Below, in pieces: positions 34,747 to 47,000 of a DNA stretch of 64,000 nt. The notes below the pieces were generated by a model. It saw only the letters and a list, made by a program, of their open reading frames with translations. It was not told the DNA's origin and did not search any database. Source of the stretch: Candidatus Lustribacter sp. (lineage in GTDB: Bacteria; Vulcanimicrobiota; Vulcanimicrobiia; Vulcanimicrobiales; Vulcanimicrobiaceae); contig OZ255842.1 of the NCBI GenBank assembly GCA_965277805.1, forward strand, positions 5,024,001 through 5,088,000, in the 5' to 3' direction. Each line of letters begins with the position of its first letter. Positions within the stretch are counted from its first letter, which is position 1. The position numbers and the translations under genes were made by a program.

Positions 34747-36693
34747 ATGACCATGCGACGGCTTGCCCGGCCGGAAAGCTGCGATCTGCGGGTCTCCGAA
34801 CGCCGCGAATGGCTCCTCACCAACGGCCGAGGCAGCTACGCGATGGGCACCGTCGCCGGCACCCTCACCCGCAGCTACCACGGGCTGCTGATCGCCGCGC
34901 TGGAGCCCCCCTGCGCCCGGCGGTTGCTGGTTCCGAGCGTCCAGCTCGACGTTCAGTACCGCGGCGAAAGCTATCAGCTCGCGACCAACCGCTGGGCCAG
35001 CGGAGGGCGCGTTCCGGAAGGGTGGCGCTTGGTTGAGTCGTTCACCGTAGCGGACGGTGTTCCGGTCTGGACTTATACGCTCGGCGACGCCGAACTCGAA
35101 GTCGCCCTCGCGATGCCCTATGGGCACGACCGGACGGCGATCGCCCTACGCGCCGTCCGGGCGATCGAGCCGGTGCGGGTGAGCGCCAAAGTGCTGGTGG
35201 CCGACCGCGACCACCACGGCGGCAGCCTGCCCGACCCGAACCGCTTCACGGTCGCCGTCGACGGCGATCGGGCCACCGTGAGCCTGCCCGACTGCGAGCG
35301 CACGCTGCACGTTTCCGCGCCCGGCGCGACGATGAGCCCGCACCGCGATCGCTGGTCGGCGTTCTTTCTCGCGCGCGAGAGCGAGCGCGGCCTCAACGCG
35401 ATCGACGACTACCTCTATGCGGTGGATGCGCGCTTCTCGATCGCACCCGGCGAGCGGGGCGGGCTCGTGGTGGGTCTCGATGCGGACGGCGACGACGCGC
35501 CCCACATCGTCGATGCGGCGCGAGTTCGCGGCGCGGAGCTCGCGGCCGGCGAGACCGATCCGCTGCGCGCGGAGTTGGCCATCGCGGCCGATGCGTTCGT
35601 CGTGCAAGCCGCACCGGGCGGCTCGGCGCGCACGACGATCGTAGCCGGGTATCCGTGGTTCACCGACTGGGGCCGCGACACGATGATCGCGCTGCCCGGC
35701 CTGTTGATCGCCAACCGGCGCGGCGACATCGCAGAGGCGATCGTGCGCGGCTTCGCGCCGTTCGTCGACGGCGGCATGCTGCCGAACGTGTTTCCCGATG
35801 CGGGCAGTGCGCCCGAATACAACACGGTCGACGCGGCGCTCTGGTATGTGGAAGCGATTCGCGCGTGCGCATCTGCAACGCGCGATCCGAATTTCGCGCG
35901 CGATATGTTTCCGGTGCTGCACGCGATCGTTGCGGGCTATACGGCGGGCACGCGCTACGGCATCGGCGTTGATCCGGCAGATGGGCTGGTGCGCGCCGGT
36001 GTTCAGGGCGTGCAACTGACGTGGATGGATGCGAAGGTCGGCGAACACGTGGTGACGCCGCGCATCGGGAAACCGGTTGAGGTCAACGCGTTGTGGTTTG
36101 CTGCGCTCACGACGACCGCGCATTTCGCCGAGCACTGTGCGGCCGATCCGCAACCGTACGAAGAAGCTGCGGCGCGCGTGCGCGCGAGCTTTGGGCGTTT
36201 CTGGAATCCCGAGCGCGGCTGCTGCTTCGACGTGATCGACGGACCGGGCGGTAACGATCCGGCGATCCGTCCGAATCAGCTCTTCGCCGTTGCGCTCGCA
36301 CCGGAATTGCTGGCGCCGGCAGCTGCGCGAGCGGTCGTCGACGTGTGTGTGCGCGATCTCTGGACGCCGGTGGGTTTGCGCACGCTCGCGCCGGGCGATC
36401 CGGCGTACGTGGGGCACTACGGTGGCGATCAGGCGGCGCGCGACGGCGCCTATCATCAGGGAACGGTGTGGCCCTGGCTCATCGGCGCGTTCGTGCAGGC
36501 GCACCTCAACGTGTACGACGATCCCGCGCTCGCGCGCTCGTACGTTGCGCCGCTGGCGGACGCGCTCGGCGGCTACGGTATCGGGACGCTTGGGGAGATC
36601 TTCGACGGCGACGCGCCGCACGCGCCCGGCGGGACGATCGCGCAGGCGTGGAGCGTCGCGGAACTTACTGCGGCGTTACGGCTCGTCGGTTGA
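34747..36693 (+). CDS. Amylo-alpha-1,6-glucosidase (GDE-type debranching enzyme)
   Basis: EWLLTNGRG, AGYPWFTDWGRD, TWMDAK, RPNQ, YHQGTVWPW and QAWS motifs. Confidence 0.92.
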   Translation: MTMRRLARPESCDLRVSERREWLLTNGRGSYAMGTVAGTLTRSYHGLLIAALEPPCARRLLVPSVQLDVQYRGESYQLATNRWASGGRVPEGWRLVESFTVADGVPVWTYTLGDAELEVALAMPYGHDRTAIALRAVRAIEPVRVSAKVLVADRDHHGGSLPDPNRFTVAVDGDRATVSLPDCERTLHVSAPGATMSPHRDRWSAFFLARESERGLNAIDDYLYAVDARFSIAPGERGGLVVGLDADGDDAPHIVDAARVRGAELAAGETDPLRAELAIAADAFVVQAAPGGSARTTIVAGYPWFTDWGRDTMIALPGLLIANRRGDIAEAIVRGFAPFVDGGMLPNVFPDAGSAPEYNTVDAALWYVEAIRACASATRDPNFARDMFPVLHAIVAGYTAGTRYGIGVDPADGLVRAGVQGVQLTWMDAKVGEHVVTPRIGKPVEVNALWFAALTTTAHFAEHCAADPQPYEEAAARVRASFGRFWNPERGCCFDVIDGPGGNDPAIRPNQLFAVALAPELLAPAAARAVVDVCVRDLWTPVGLRTLAPGDPAYVGHYGGDQAARDGAYHQGTVWPWLIGAFVQAHLNVYDDPALARSYVAPLADALGGYGIGTLGEIFDGDAPHAPGGTIAQAWSVAELTAALRLVG

Positions 36694-36942
36694 TTCGGAC
36701 GCCGCGGCGGCTTCCGCGGCCTTGCGCTTCGCTTCGCGCTCCATGTCTTTAGCGATCAACTCGATGTCGTGTTCGTTCTGGCGTTTTTGGTCGACGTTGG
36801 CCTGCGCGCGTTTGGTCGTGTCGTCGATGTCGTCGCGCAGCGCCTTCACGAGACCGGGTTTGTCGGCCTTGAAGCCCGGGTCGAGGTACAGGCCCCGGTT
36901 CATCTGTTCCCCGAGGGTCGGCGAGTCGTCGGGTGTGCTCAT
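36676..36942 (-). CDS. Small acidic/coiled-coil hypothetical protein
   Basis: 88-aa ORF with natural composition and genome-like codon use. Confidence 0.6.
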   Translation of the reverse strand: MSTPDDSPTLGEQMNRGLYLDPGFKADKPGLVKALRDDIDDTTKRAQANVDQKRQNEHDIELIAKDMEREAKRKAAEAAAASESTDEP

Positions 36943-37040
36943 ACCCCAAGCGTTCCGCGAGGTAAGTCCTTTTCCTCGGATGGGGATTCTAGCAAGCGCT
37001 TAATGACGGGCGCCCGCCGCTCTGGTTTGCTGTAGGGGAA

Positions 37041-37646
37041 ATGCGACGCTTTCTTGCAGCCGTTCTATCTTCGTCTCTACCGCTATTGGCGGCAGTGCCG
37101 TCCGAGGCGGGACCGTCCCGGCAACTGCAGAACGCGGTGGTCGCCACCAGCGGCGGGATCGCCCGCAAGGCGACCGTCGTCATCGATTTCGTGAGTGGTT
37201 CGGCCGAGCGTGTGATGAACGTGAACGTCGATGAGATCGCCGACGGCGCCGTGCAACAAGATGCCTACGTGGGGATCGAGCCCTCGAGTTCGCTCCTGGC
37301 CGATGCGCTGAATTCGCTCACCACCGAAGAGGACGCGATCTGCTCGCTCATGGCGCTTGAATCCGAAGACCTCGCCGGCATCGCGACCGGCGCTCATTGG
37401 GAGCGCCAAGGGCCGGTGCCGGGCGGACATCACCACACGCGCTTCTCTGTTCTCGGCGTGAACGGCGACGGTTTGGTGCAATTTGCGGTGTCGCGCGATC
37501 TCGAACGCAACGACGGTTCGGTGGCGCGCTGGCGCGGCACGATGCTCTACAACGCCAACGACTTCGTGCCCTCAACGATCATCCTCAACGGCGAAAACAT
37601 CGCCCTCTCAATCCACCTCATCCACGACACGTTCAAACACTACTAA
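37041..37646 (+). CDS. Secreted hypothetical protein
   Basis: AGGGG RBS, signal peptide, 201 aa. Confidence 0.7.
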   Translation: MRRFLAAVLSSSLPLLAAVPSEAGPSRQLQNAVVATSGGIARKATVVIDFVSGSAERVMNVNVDEIADGAVQQDAYVGIEPSSSLLADALNSLTTEEDAICSLMALESEDLAGIATGAHWERQGPVPGGHHHTRFSVLGVNGDGLVQFAVSRDLERNDGSVARWRGTMLYNANDFVPSTIILNGENIALSIHLIHDTFKHY

Positions 37647-37650
37647 CTCT

Positions 37651-37676
37651 CCGTCATCCCGAGCTTGTCGAGGGAC
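37651..37676. repeat. REP-like short palindromic element
   Basis: CCGTCATCCCGAGCTTGTCGAGGGAC between convergent genes; a related sequence lies at 43472-43510. Confidence 0.45.
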
Positions 37677-37703
37677 CGCCACAACCGTTACCATTCGCGC
37701 GCT

Positions 37704-40470
<2,767 letters not shown>

Positions 40471-40480
40471 CGCGCCCTCA

Positions 40481-41494
40481 ATGAAGAGCGCGCGGTATCT
40501 CCTCGCGGTACTGATCCTGCTCGGAGCCGCACTGGCCGCGTGCTCAGGCAACTTCGGTTCCGGGACGACGCCGCCCAACGGTCTCTTGCCGTCCGGCAAT
40601 TTGGCCGGCATCAACCCGACGCCGACGCCGACGCCGAACTCCGCGAGCAACATCGTGACGTACGGTTCGTCGACGTCGTTTCAGCCGTTGCCGACGGTCG
40701 GCGGATATGGCGGCGCGATCGCGTTCCCGGTGCCCTCGCCGAAGCCGTCGGGCTTCGCCGACATCGCGGTCGGCGTGACGCTCTCGGTCGTGCGCCCGCC
40801 CGATATTCCCGACCTCAACCTCGTGACCAAGGGCAAGAAGACGAAACGCGAACGGCCGGCGCGTGCGCTCGCGTACATCACACTGCTCCCGACGCACGAC
40901 ATGACGCTCGAATCGTATCCGCGCATCGCGGTCGACGTACCGCGCGACGTCGTGACGACCTATCGTGAGAACGAACTCGGGCTCGCGCTCTACAACGCCT
41001 CGAGCAAAGACGGAACGTTCCGCCTCGCCGCGGCCGAGCTCGACATGTCGTCGCCGCCGCCGACGGCGTCGCCCAACCCGAGCGCGCCGCCGCCGCCCAC
41101 CGCGATTCCGGTCAGCGCGTCGCCGACGCCCAGCGGCAGCCCGCGTCCGAGCGCTTCGCCGACCGTGCTGCCCTCGGGCGTGACGCCGTCGCCCGGTGCA
41201 ACGGGATCCGGAGCCGCTGTGCCGTCGGCCTCGCCCACGCTACCGCCCGAACGCATCGTCTTTGCCGGCACGGCCGCGACGCTCAAGCTCACGGCGAATC
41301 GGCCGGTGGTCTTCGCGCTCTACGCGCTTCCGGTTGCGACACCCGCACCCACGCCGCGCGCGTCGGGCGCGGTCATCGAAGCCGCACCCGCGGCTCCCGA
41401 ATCGTCGGCCTCCGGGTCAGCGCCGCCCGCGTCAGCCGCGCCCGCATCAGGGGCGCCCGCATCAGCGGCGCCGCCGTCGCAGGCGAAAACTTAA
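40481..41494 (+). CDS. Proline-rich lipoprotein
   Basis: Lipobox LAAC and PTPTP/SP linkers. Confidence 0.75.
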   Translation: MKSARYLLAVLILLGAALAACSGNFGSGTTPPNGLLPSGNLAGINPTPTPTPNSASNIVTYGSSTSFQPLPTVGGYGGAIAFPVPSPKPSGFADIAVGVTLSVVRPPDIPDLNLVTKGKKTKRERPARALAYITLLPTHDMTLESYPRIAVDVPRDVVTTYRENELGLALYNASSKDGTFRLAAAELDMSSPPPTASPNPSAPPPPTAIPVSASPTPSGSPRPSASPTVLPSGVTPSPGATGSGAAVPSASPTLPPERIVFAGTAATLKLTANRPVVFALYALPVATPAPTPRASGAVIEAAPAAPESSASGSAPPASAAPASGAPASAAPPSQAKT

Positions 41495-42165
41495 GGCTGG
41501 TTGAGGATCGCTGCCGGCAGCGTGACCGGCAGTGCTGAGGCGTCGGTGTTCGCCAGCCATTGCTGCTCGTCGGCGAGCGGTTCGGCGTTGGCCACGAACG
41601 TTTTGGCAACGCGCGCGCTGAGCTTGTGCCACTGCGCGATGACCTTCGTGACGTAGCGCTGCGTTTCGTGATACGGCGGGATGCCGCGATATTGTTCGAC
41701 CGCGTGCGGTCCGGCGTTGTAACCGGCGATCGCATCGCGCAGTCCGTTGACGCCGCGGCTCGAGAAACGGTTGATCAGCGAACGCAAGTACGACGACGCG
41801 CCGCGCAAGTTCTGCGCGGGGTCGCGCGGGTTCACGCCGAGCTTCGCGGCCGTCACCGGCATCAGTTGTCCGAGCCCGCGCGCGCCGTGCGATGAGACGG
41901 CGGTTTGGCGCCACGACGATTCGACGGTGACCAGCGCCATGATGAGGTTCGGATCGAGTTTGGTTCGCTCGGAGTCGGCCAACAGCGAGCGCGCGTAGGA
42001 GAGGCTCTGGTGAACCTGCAGTTGCGGATTGATCGTCCGGAGGACGCTCGCGTAGTTCGTTTCAGCGGCCGGCGTCGATTCGGCGGCACCGGCCGGGTGG
42101 ACGAGGGCAACGAACGCGATCAGTAGCGAAACGGCAAAGCGCGTCGCTGCAAAGGGCGAGGGCAT
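41491..42165 (-). CDS. Lytic transglycosylase (SLT domain)
   Basis: VESS, AVSSHGARGLGQLMP, AGYNAG and ETQRYV motifs. Confidence 0.92.
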   Translation of the reverse strand: MPSPFAATRFAVSLLIAFVALVHPAGAAESTPAAETNYASVLRTINPQLQVHQSLSYARSLLADSERTKLDPNLIMALVTVESSWRQTAVSSHGARGLGQLMPVTAAKLGVNPRDPAQNLRGASSYLRSLINRFSSRGVNGLRDAIAGYNAGPHAVEQYRGIPPYHETQRYVTKVIAQWHKLSARVAKTFVANAEPLADEQQWLANTDASALPVTLPAAILNQP

Positions 42166-42175
42166 AGGGGGCGGG

Positions 42176-42679
42176 TTACCCCGCCGGGGGTGAACACCCT
42201 TCCGAGGAAGCGTCCGGGGAAGCAGAGGGGTGGATCGGGTCCACCCACGAGACGGCGGTCGGCTGCTCGGCCGCCGCTATATCGAGGTTGACGACAACCG
42301 GCTGCTGGCCGCTGCGGACCAGGACGCACTCGAGCGGCTGGTCGGTTGAGGCGTTGATCTCCTGGTGCGGCACGTACGGCGGGACGAAGATGAAGTCGCC
42401 GGGACCAGCTTCGGCCACGAACTCGAGCCGGTCGCCCCAGCGCATGCGGGCCTGACCACGCACGACGTAGATCACGCTCTCGAGGTCGCCGTGATGGTGC
42501 GCGCCCGTTTTCGCATCGGCGTGAATGACCACCGTGCCGGCCCAGAGCTTCTGCGCCCCGGCCGTTGCGGCGGTGATCGCGGCGGCGCGATTCATCCCCG
42601 CGGTCTGCGGTGTATTGGTGTCGAGCTCGTTGGCGCGAACGATGCGAATCCCGTTGTGTTTCCAGCGATCTTCGCTCAT
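42176..42679 (-). CDS. Cupin domain protein
   Basis: HHHGDLES and GDFIFVPPYVPHQE motifs. Confidence 0.88.
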   Translation of the reverse strand: MSEDRWKHNGIRIVRANELDTNTPQTAGMNRAAAITAATAGAQKLWAGTVVIHADAKTGAHHHGDLESVIYVVRGQARMRWGDRLEFVAEAGPGDFIFVPPYVPHQEINASTDQPLECVLVRSGQQPVVVNLDIAAAEQPTAVSWVDPIHPSASPDASSEGCSPPAG

Positions 42680-42732
42680 GGGCGATGCTTACGACCGGAA
42701 CGCCGGTGCTTCATTCCGAAGCGCCCACGGAT

Positions 42733-43512
42733 ATGAAGGTCGCGTATGTCGACATGATCGGCGGCGCCGCGGGCGATATGCTGATGGGCGCGTGGGTCGA
42801 TGCGGGTCTCGATGTGCGCGAACTCGAGCGCGCGCTGCGTACGGTCGTTGCGGACGGCTGGGAATTGGTGACCGAGCGCGTCGAGCGTGGCGGGATCAGC
42901 GCGACGTATCTCGACCTCGTGATTCCCGGCGAAGACGATCACGCGCACTCACCCGAAGGCGTTCATCAGCATCATTACTCGCCCGGGCGTCGCTTGCGTG
43001 ACATCCTCGCGGTCGTCGAGCGCAGCGGTCTGTCGCTGCTCGCGATCGAACGCGCGAGCACGATCTACCGGCGGCTCGCGCACGCCGAAGCGCGCGTGCA
43101 CGGGGCCGACGTCGAAGAGATGCTCTTCCACGAAGTCGGACAAGTCGATGCGATCCTCGACGTAGCGGGAACGTGCGTTGCGCTTGAACTGCTCGGAATC
43201 GATGAGCTGCGCGTTTCGGCGTTTCCGCTCGGTACGGGCATCTCGCGCGGCGGGCTTCCAAATCCCGGGCCGGTCGCGCTCGAGCTGATGCGCGGTTATC
43301 CGGTGCGCGCGACCGGTATCGAGGCGCAGCTCGTCACGGAGACGGGGGCTGCGATTCTCACCGCGTTAGCGCCGCCGGGACCGGCTATCGATATGACGCT
43401 CGAACGCATCGGTTACGGTGCGGGGCGCAAGTCGTTTGCGATTCCAAACGTCGTGTGCGTAACGATCGGGAGTCCCTCCTCTACGCGCCCTACCGCGCTC
43501 CGCTCGGGATAA
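42733..43512 (+). CDS. larC: LarC-family nickel insertion protein, N-terminal half only
   Basis: GAAGDMLMGA, His-rich segment, AEARVHG, FHEVGQVDAILD, VTETGAA and GYGAG...PNV motifs; 259 aa. Confidence 0.85.
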   Translation: MKVAYVDMIGGAAGDMLMGAWVDAGLDVRELERALRTVVADGWELVTERVERGGISATYLDLVIPGEDDHAHSPEGVHQHHYSPGRRLRDILAVVERSGLSLLAIERASTIYRRLAHAEARVHGADVEEMLFHEVGQVDAILDVAGTCVALELLGIDELRVSAFPLGTGISRGGLPNPGPVALELMRGYPVRATGIEAQLVTETGAAILTALAPPGPAIDMTLERIGYGAGRKSFAIPNVVCVTIGSPSSTRPTALRSG

Positions 43513-43517
43513 ACTCG

Positions 43518-43874
43518 TTAAAGGAGGTCGTCGAATTTGCGCAGGCGGTCGGTCATGATCTTCATGACCTCGAGCGCGAAGAACGGATGATTGCGAACGA
43601 GATAGAGAAAGCGCTTCTGGTCGATCGACGAAACTTGGACGTCGGTTTTCGCGGCGACGTCGGCGCTGCGCTCCTTGTGATCGATCAGCGCCATCTCGCC
43701 GAAAATTCCGCCGGCGTACACCGTCTCGAGCACCTTGCCGCGCAACGTGATCTCGACCTCGCCCTCGGTGACGACGTACATGATCTCGCCATGATCGCCG
43801 GTCGTGAAGAAACGGTGCCCCGCCGGATAGTGCTGCGCGTCGAGGTCGCTGGCAAACATGGAAAGATCGGCCAC
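43518..43874 (-). CDS. Stand-alone cyclic-nucleotide-binding domain protein
   Basis: GEIMYVVTEGEV and FGEMALID...RSA motifs. Confidence 0.88.
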   Translation of the reverse strand: MADLSMFASDLDAQHYPAGHRFFTTGDHGEIMYVVTEGEVEITLRGKVLETVYAGGIFGEMALIDHKERSADVAAKTDVQVSSIDQKRFLYLVRNHPFFALEVMKIMTDRLRKFDDLL

Positions 43875-43935
43875 AGTAAGGCAACCTTTCGCTTTTTCGC
43901 AGGGAATATCCGTCCCCGGAGAAGATGACGGGCTC

Positions 43936-44877
43936 ATGAATCGCCGCACCACGCTCTCGACTTTGGCTGCCGCAGGCGCGGCTTCGCTCGTGTCCCCGCG
44001 TACCGTCTTCGCAGCCGATCCGACGGCATTTTCGATGGGCACGATGCCGACCGACGGATCGGCGCAGCCGTTTTATGGGCTCGACCACAATTTCTTCAAA
44101 GACGCCGGGTTTGACGTATCGCTGACGGTCCTCAATAATACGGCATCGCTCGCCTCAGCCGTCGCATCGGGAGCGCTGGAAGTCGGTTTCGGCAGCGTGA
44201 TTCCGCTCGCCCAAGCCCACGTGCGCGGGCTGAATTTTCGCGTCATCGCGCCGGCGACGATCTATAACGGCACGACGCCGGTGAACGTGATCATGGTCGC
44301 CAAGAACTCAACGATAAAAACAGCTTCAGATCTGAACGGGCAAACCGTCGCGGTCAACGGCTTGCGCGATCTCACGCAATACGAGATGCAGGCATGGATC
44401 GATCAAAACGGCGGCGACGTGAAGTCGGTCAAGCTGATCGAGACGCCGTTCTCCGAGATGGCGGCCGCACTTCAAGCCGGGCGCGTCGCCGCCGGGATTC
44501 TGGCGGAACCGTTTTGGACCGCGGCCTTGGACACGTGCCGCGTGATCGGCAATGGCTCCGCACCCATCGGCAAGCACTTCATGGTGACGGGCTGGTTCGC
44601 GTCGACGGACTGGCTGACGAAGAACGCCGACACTGCGAAGCGCATGCAGGCCGTCATGCTGCAGATCGCGCGCTGGGCCAACGCCAATCACGCCGCCACG
44701 CAAGCGATCGTCCCCAAGTACACCAAGATCACGCCCGAGGTCGCCGCGCACATGGTGCGCGCGGTGCTCGGTGAGACGCGCCCCGACCCGTCACTGATTC
44801 AACCGGTGATCGATGTCGCCGTCAAATACGGTGACCTTCCGCCGATGCGCGCCTCCGAACTGATCTGGCAGGACTAA
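43936..44877 (+). CDS. ABC transporter substrate-binding protein (NitT/TauT type)
   Basis: Tat-like MNRRT signal; DLNGQTVAV and AEPF motifs. Confidence 0.85.
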   Translation: MNRRTTLSTLAAAGAASLVSPRTVFAADPTAFSMGTMPTDGSAQPFYGLDHNFFKDAGFDVSLTVLNNTASLASAVASGALEVGFGSVIPLAQAHVRGLNFRVIAPATIYNGTTPVNVIMVAKNSTIKTASDLNGQTVAVNGLRDLTQYEMQAWIDQNGGDVKSVKLIETPFSEMAAALQAGRVAAGILAEPFWTAALDTCRVIGNGSAPIGKHFMVTGWFASTDWLTKNADTAKRMQAVMLQIARWANANHAATQAIVPKYTKITPEVAAHMVRAVLGETRPDPSLIQPVIDVAVKYGDLPPMRASELIWQD

Positions 44878-44880
44878 CGC

Positions 44881-45201
44881 CTAGAAGTAAATCCAGACGC
44901 CGTTGCTCCAGCGGCGATGCTCGAACCACCGGCCGCGCGAGTAGTAGCCCCGATAGCCGCCGGGCGCCCAACCATAGTAGCCCTCGTAATACGCCGGTGC
45001 CGGGCCGTACGCGTAGCGGTGCCAGCGATAACGCGGCGGCGGGGGCGCCGGGCGATAGCCCCCGTGGACGACGTAACCGGGACCGCCGATGTTGACACCG
45101 ATACCGACTTGGGCGGCGCTTGCCGTTAACGGTGCCGCGGCGAGCGCGATACCGAATGCGGCGACGGAGAGTTTGCTGACGAATGCGTTCATGTAATGCA
45201 C
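44881..45201 (-). CDS. Small secreted Pro/Tyr/Trp/Gly-rich protein
   Basis: Signal peptide, VGIGVNIG, PPPPR and aromatic/Gly repeats. Confidence 0.7.
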   Translation of the reverse strand: MHYMNAFVSKLSVAAFGIALAAAPLTASAAQVGIGVNIGGPGYVVHGGYRPAPPPPRYRWHRYAYGPAPAYYEGYYGWAPGGYRGYYSRGRWFEHRRWSNGVWIYF

Positions 45202-45289
45202 CTGCTGCGGCAGAGCCGCGACGTAGCTATGCCGTCTTTACGCAAGTGCGCGCCGTTTTATGCGATCCGGCGCAAACGCTAAGCCGTCT

Positions 45290-45850
45290 TTAACGCTGGA
45301 AGCGGAACACCGTCGTCGTCGCGCCGGCGATGTGATCTTTGATCGCAGCGACGACGCCGTCGTGGTCGAGTCCGGCGGTCATTGACGGCGGCGTACTGAG
45401 CGCGTAGAGCGTGACGATGTAGTGATGCGGGGCGTCGCCAACCGGCGGACACGGTCCGCGATAACCAACGAGGTCGCCTGACCCACGGCCGGGCGTGAAC
45501 TTACCGCCGGCGATGTCGGCGGTACTGATACCGGTTGCCGTCCCGGGAATGTTGTAGATCACCCAGTGATTGACGCCGTGCCCGCCGGCGCCGTCGGGAT
45601 CCACTTCGAGGATCGCATAGCTCTGCGTATTTGCCGGCGGGTTCACCCAGCTGAAGCCCGGCGCGTGGTTGGTACCGCCGCACGGGCGCCCGTCCGACGA
45701 GTTCTTGTCGTAGCCGTCGGATGCCGGGAGCAGGGCATCGTCGGCATAGCCGGTGGTCGCGATCGCGAAACCGGCCGCGTTGGCGACGGCGGGAGCGCCC
45801 GCGAAGCACGCGGTCAGGGCGAGGACGAGGACGCGATAGGCAATCTTCAT
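45290..45850 (-). CDS. YbhB/YbcL family (PEBP) protein
   Basis: DPDG...HWVIYNIP and YRGPCPP...HHY motifs; signal peptide. Confidence 0.9.
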   Translation of the reverse strand: MKIAYRVLVLALTACFAGAPAVANAAGFAIATTGYADDALLPASDGYDKNSSDGRPCGGTNHAPGFSWVNPPANTQSYAILEVDPDGAGGHGVNHWVIYNIPGTATGISTADIAGGKFTPGRGSGDLVGYRGPCPPVGDAPHHYIVTLYALSTPPSMTAGLDHDGVVAAIKDHIAGATTTVFRFQR

Positions 45851-45881
45851 GCCGACCGCTTTGCGACAAAAGTCGCGCTAC

Positions 45882-47000
45882 CTACCAGACGCTGGTTTCG
45901 AGGATGTCCACGCCACCGCCGCGGTCGACGAGATAGATCAAGCCGCGGTCGTCGATCGTGACGTCGTTTGACTGCCGGCGCTCGCGTCCGGCCGGCGGAT
46001 CGGGCAGATACGAGCCGACTTCCTTCGGTGCAAACGGATCGGAGACGTCGACCAAGCGCAGCCCTTGCGCAAACCACGCGCACGGCAAGATCGGACCGCT
46101 GAAACGTTCCGACGGTTGATGGCACCCGGTATTCGGCCGTTGCGGCGCACCGTCGGGATCGAGTCCGGCCACTTGGAACGTGCCGATCGGCACCGGTGCC
46201 GTTTCGTTCGTGATATCGTAGATCCACATGAACGCCGGCGCCGCGGGCCAGCGTTTGTCGACGTCTTCATCGGCGACCAGCATGATGCGCCGGCCCTTGA
46301 GCGGCTCCGGCATTGCGAGCAGCGTGTGCGTCGGGTGCGGAAACGTTTTGGTGTAGTCGAGGCGACCGACGAGTTGCGGATGCGCCAAGTCGCTCACATC
46401 GAGAATCGCGCCGCCGTGTTGCCAATAACTGACGTAGAGCCGGTCGCCCAAACGCAGCGGATGGTGACAGCGCGGGCCGCGCCCGTCGGTGAACGTCGGT
46501 TCCTCGCCTCCTGCCGTCCATTGTCCCGGCAGCCACCAGCGGCCGGCCTCCACCGGATTCGCCGGATCGGCGAGATCGAGGATCATCACGATGCGGCCGT
46601 TGTAGCCCTCGACGGTCGGTGAGATGTACGCGTAGCGCCCGTCGAACGAAAAGCGGTGCACGCCCGAGCCCGCGGTTTTCCATTTCTTGCGCAACACGGG
46701 CTTCGAGGGATTCGTGACGTCGTAGATGCCGAGTCCGCCGCCGAATTCCGGGTCGCCGTCCTTGCCCAAGCGCTCGTGGTTCACGACCATTATGCCGTTG
46801 GCCACGCGCACTTTGTGCGAGTGCCAGCCTTGCGGCATGTCGTCGATCGTCGCGAGCGTACGCGGCTTCTTCGGGTCGGAAACGTCGAAGATCGACGTGC
46901 CGTTGGGCGCGCTCATGTGGCCGACGTACATCGTGGTGCCGTCGATCCACACTTGACCGCCGCCGGGCGTATCGACGTGCGCCACGAGTGTCGTATTCAC
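45882..47000 (-). CDS. LVIVD-repeat beta-propeller protein
   Basis: Repeated IFDVSDP/ILDLADP/LVDVSDP motifs with conserved His residues. Confidence 0.85.
   Translation of the reverse strand: MNTTLVAHVDTPGGGQVWIDGTTMYVGHMSAPNGTSIFDVSDPKKPRTLATIDDMPQGWHSHKVRVANGIMVVNHERLGKDGDPEFGGGLGIYDVTNPSKPVLRKKWKTAGSGVHRFSFDGRYAYISPTVEGYNGRIVMILDLADPANPVEAGRWWLPGQWTAGGEEPTFTDGRGPRCHHPLRLGDRLYVSYWQHGGAILDVSDLAHPQLVGRLDYTKTFPHPTHTLLAMPEPLKGRRIMLVADEDVDKRWPAAPAFMWIYDITNETAPVPIGTFQVAGLDPDGAPQRPNTGCHQPSERFSGPILPCAWFAQGLRLVDVSDPFAPKEVGSYLPDPPAGRERRQSNDVTIDDRGLIYLVDRGGGVDILETSVW

Noticed and set aside
40610-41480. CCGACG and Pro/Ser/Ala low-complexity repeats
   Set aside because: They encode protein linkers in a lipoprotein and are not a DNA repeat element or CRISPR array.
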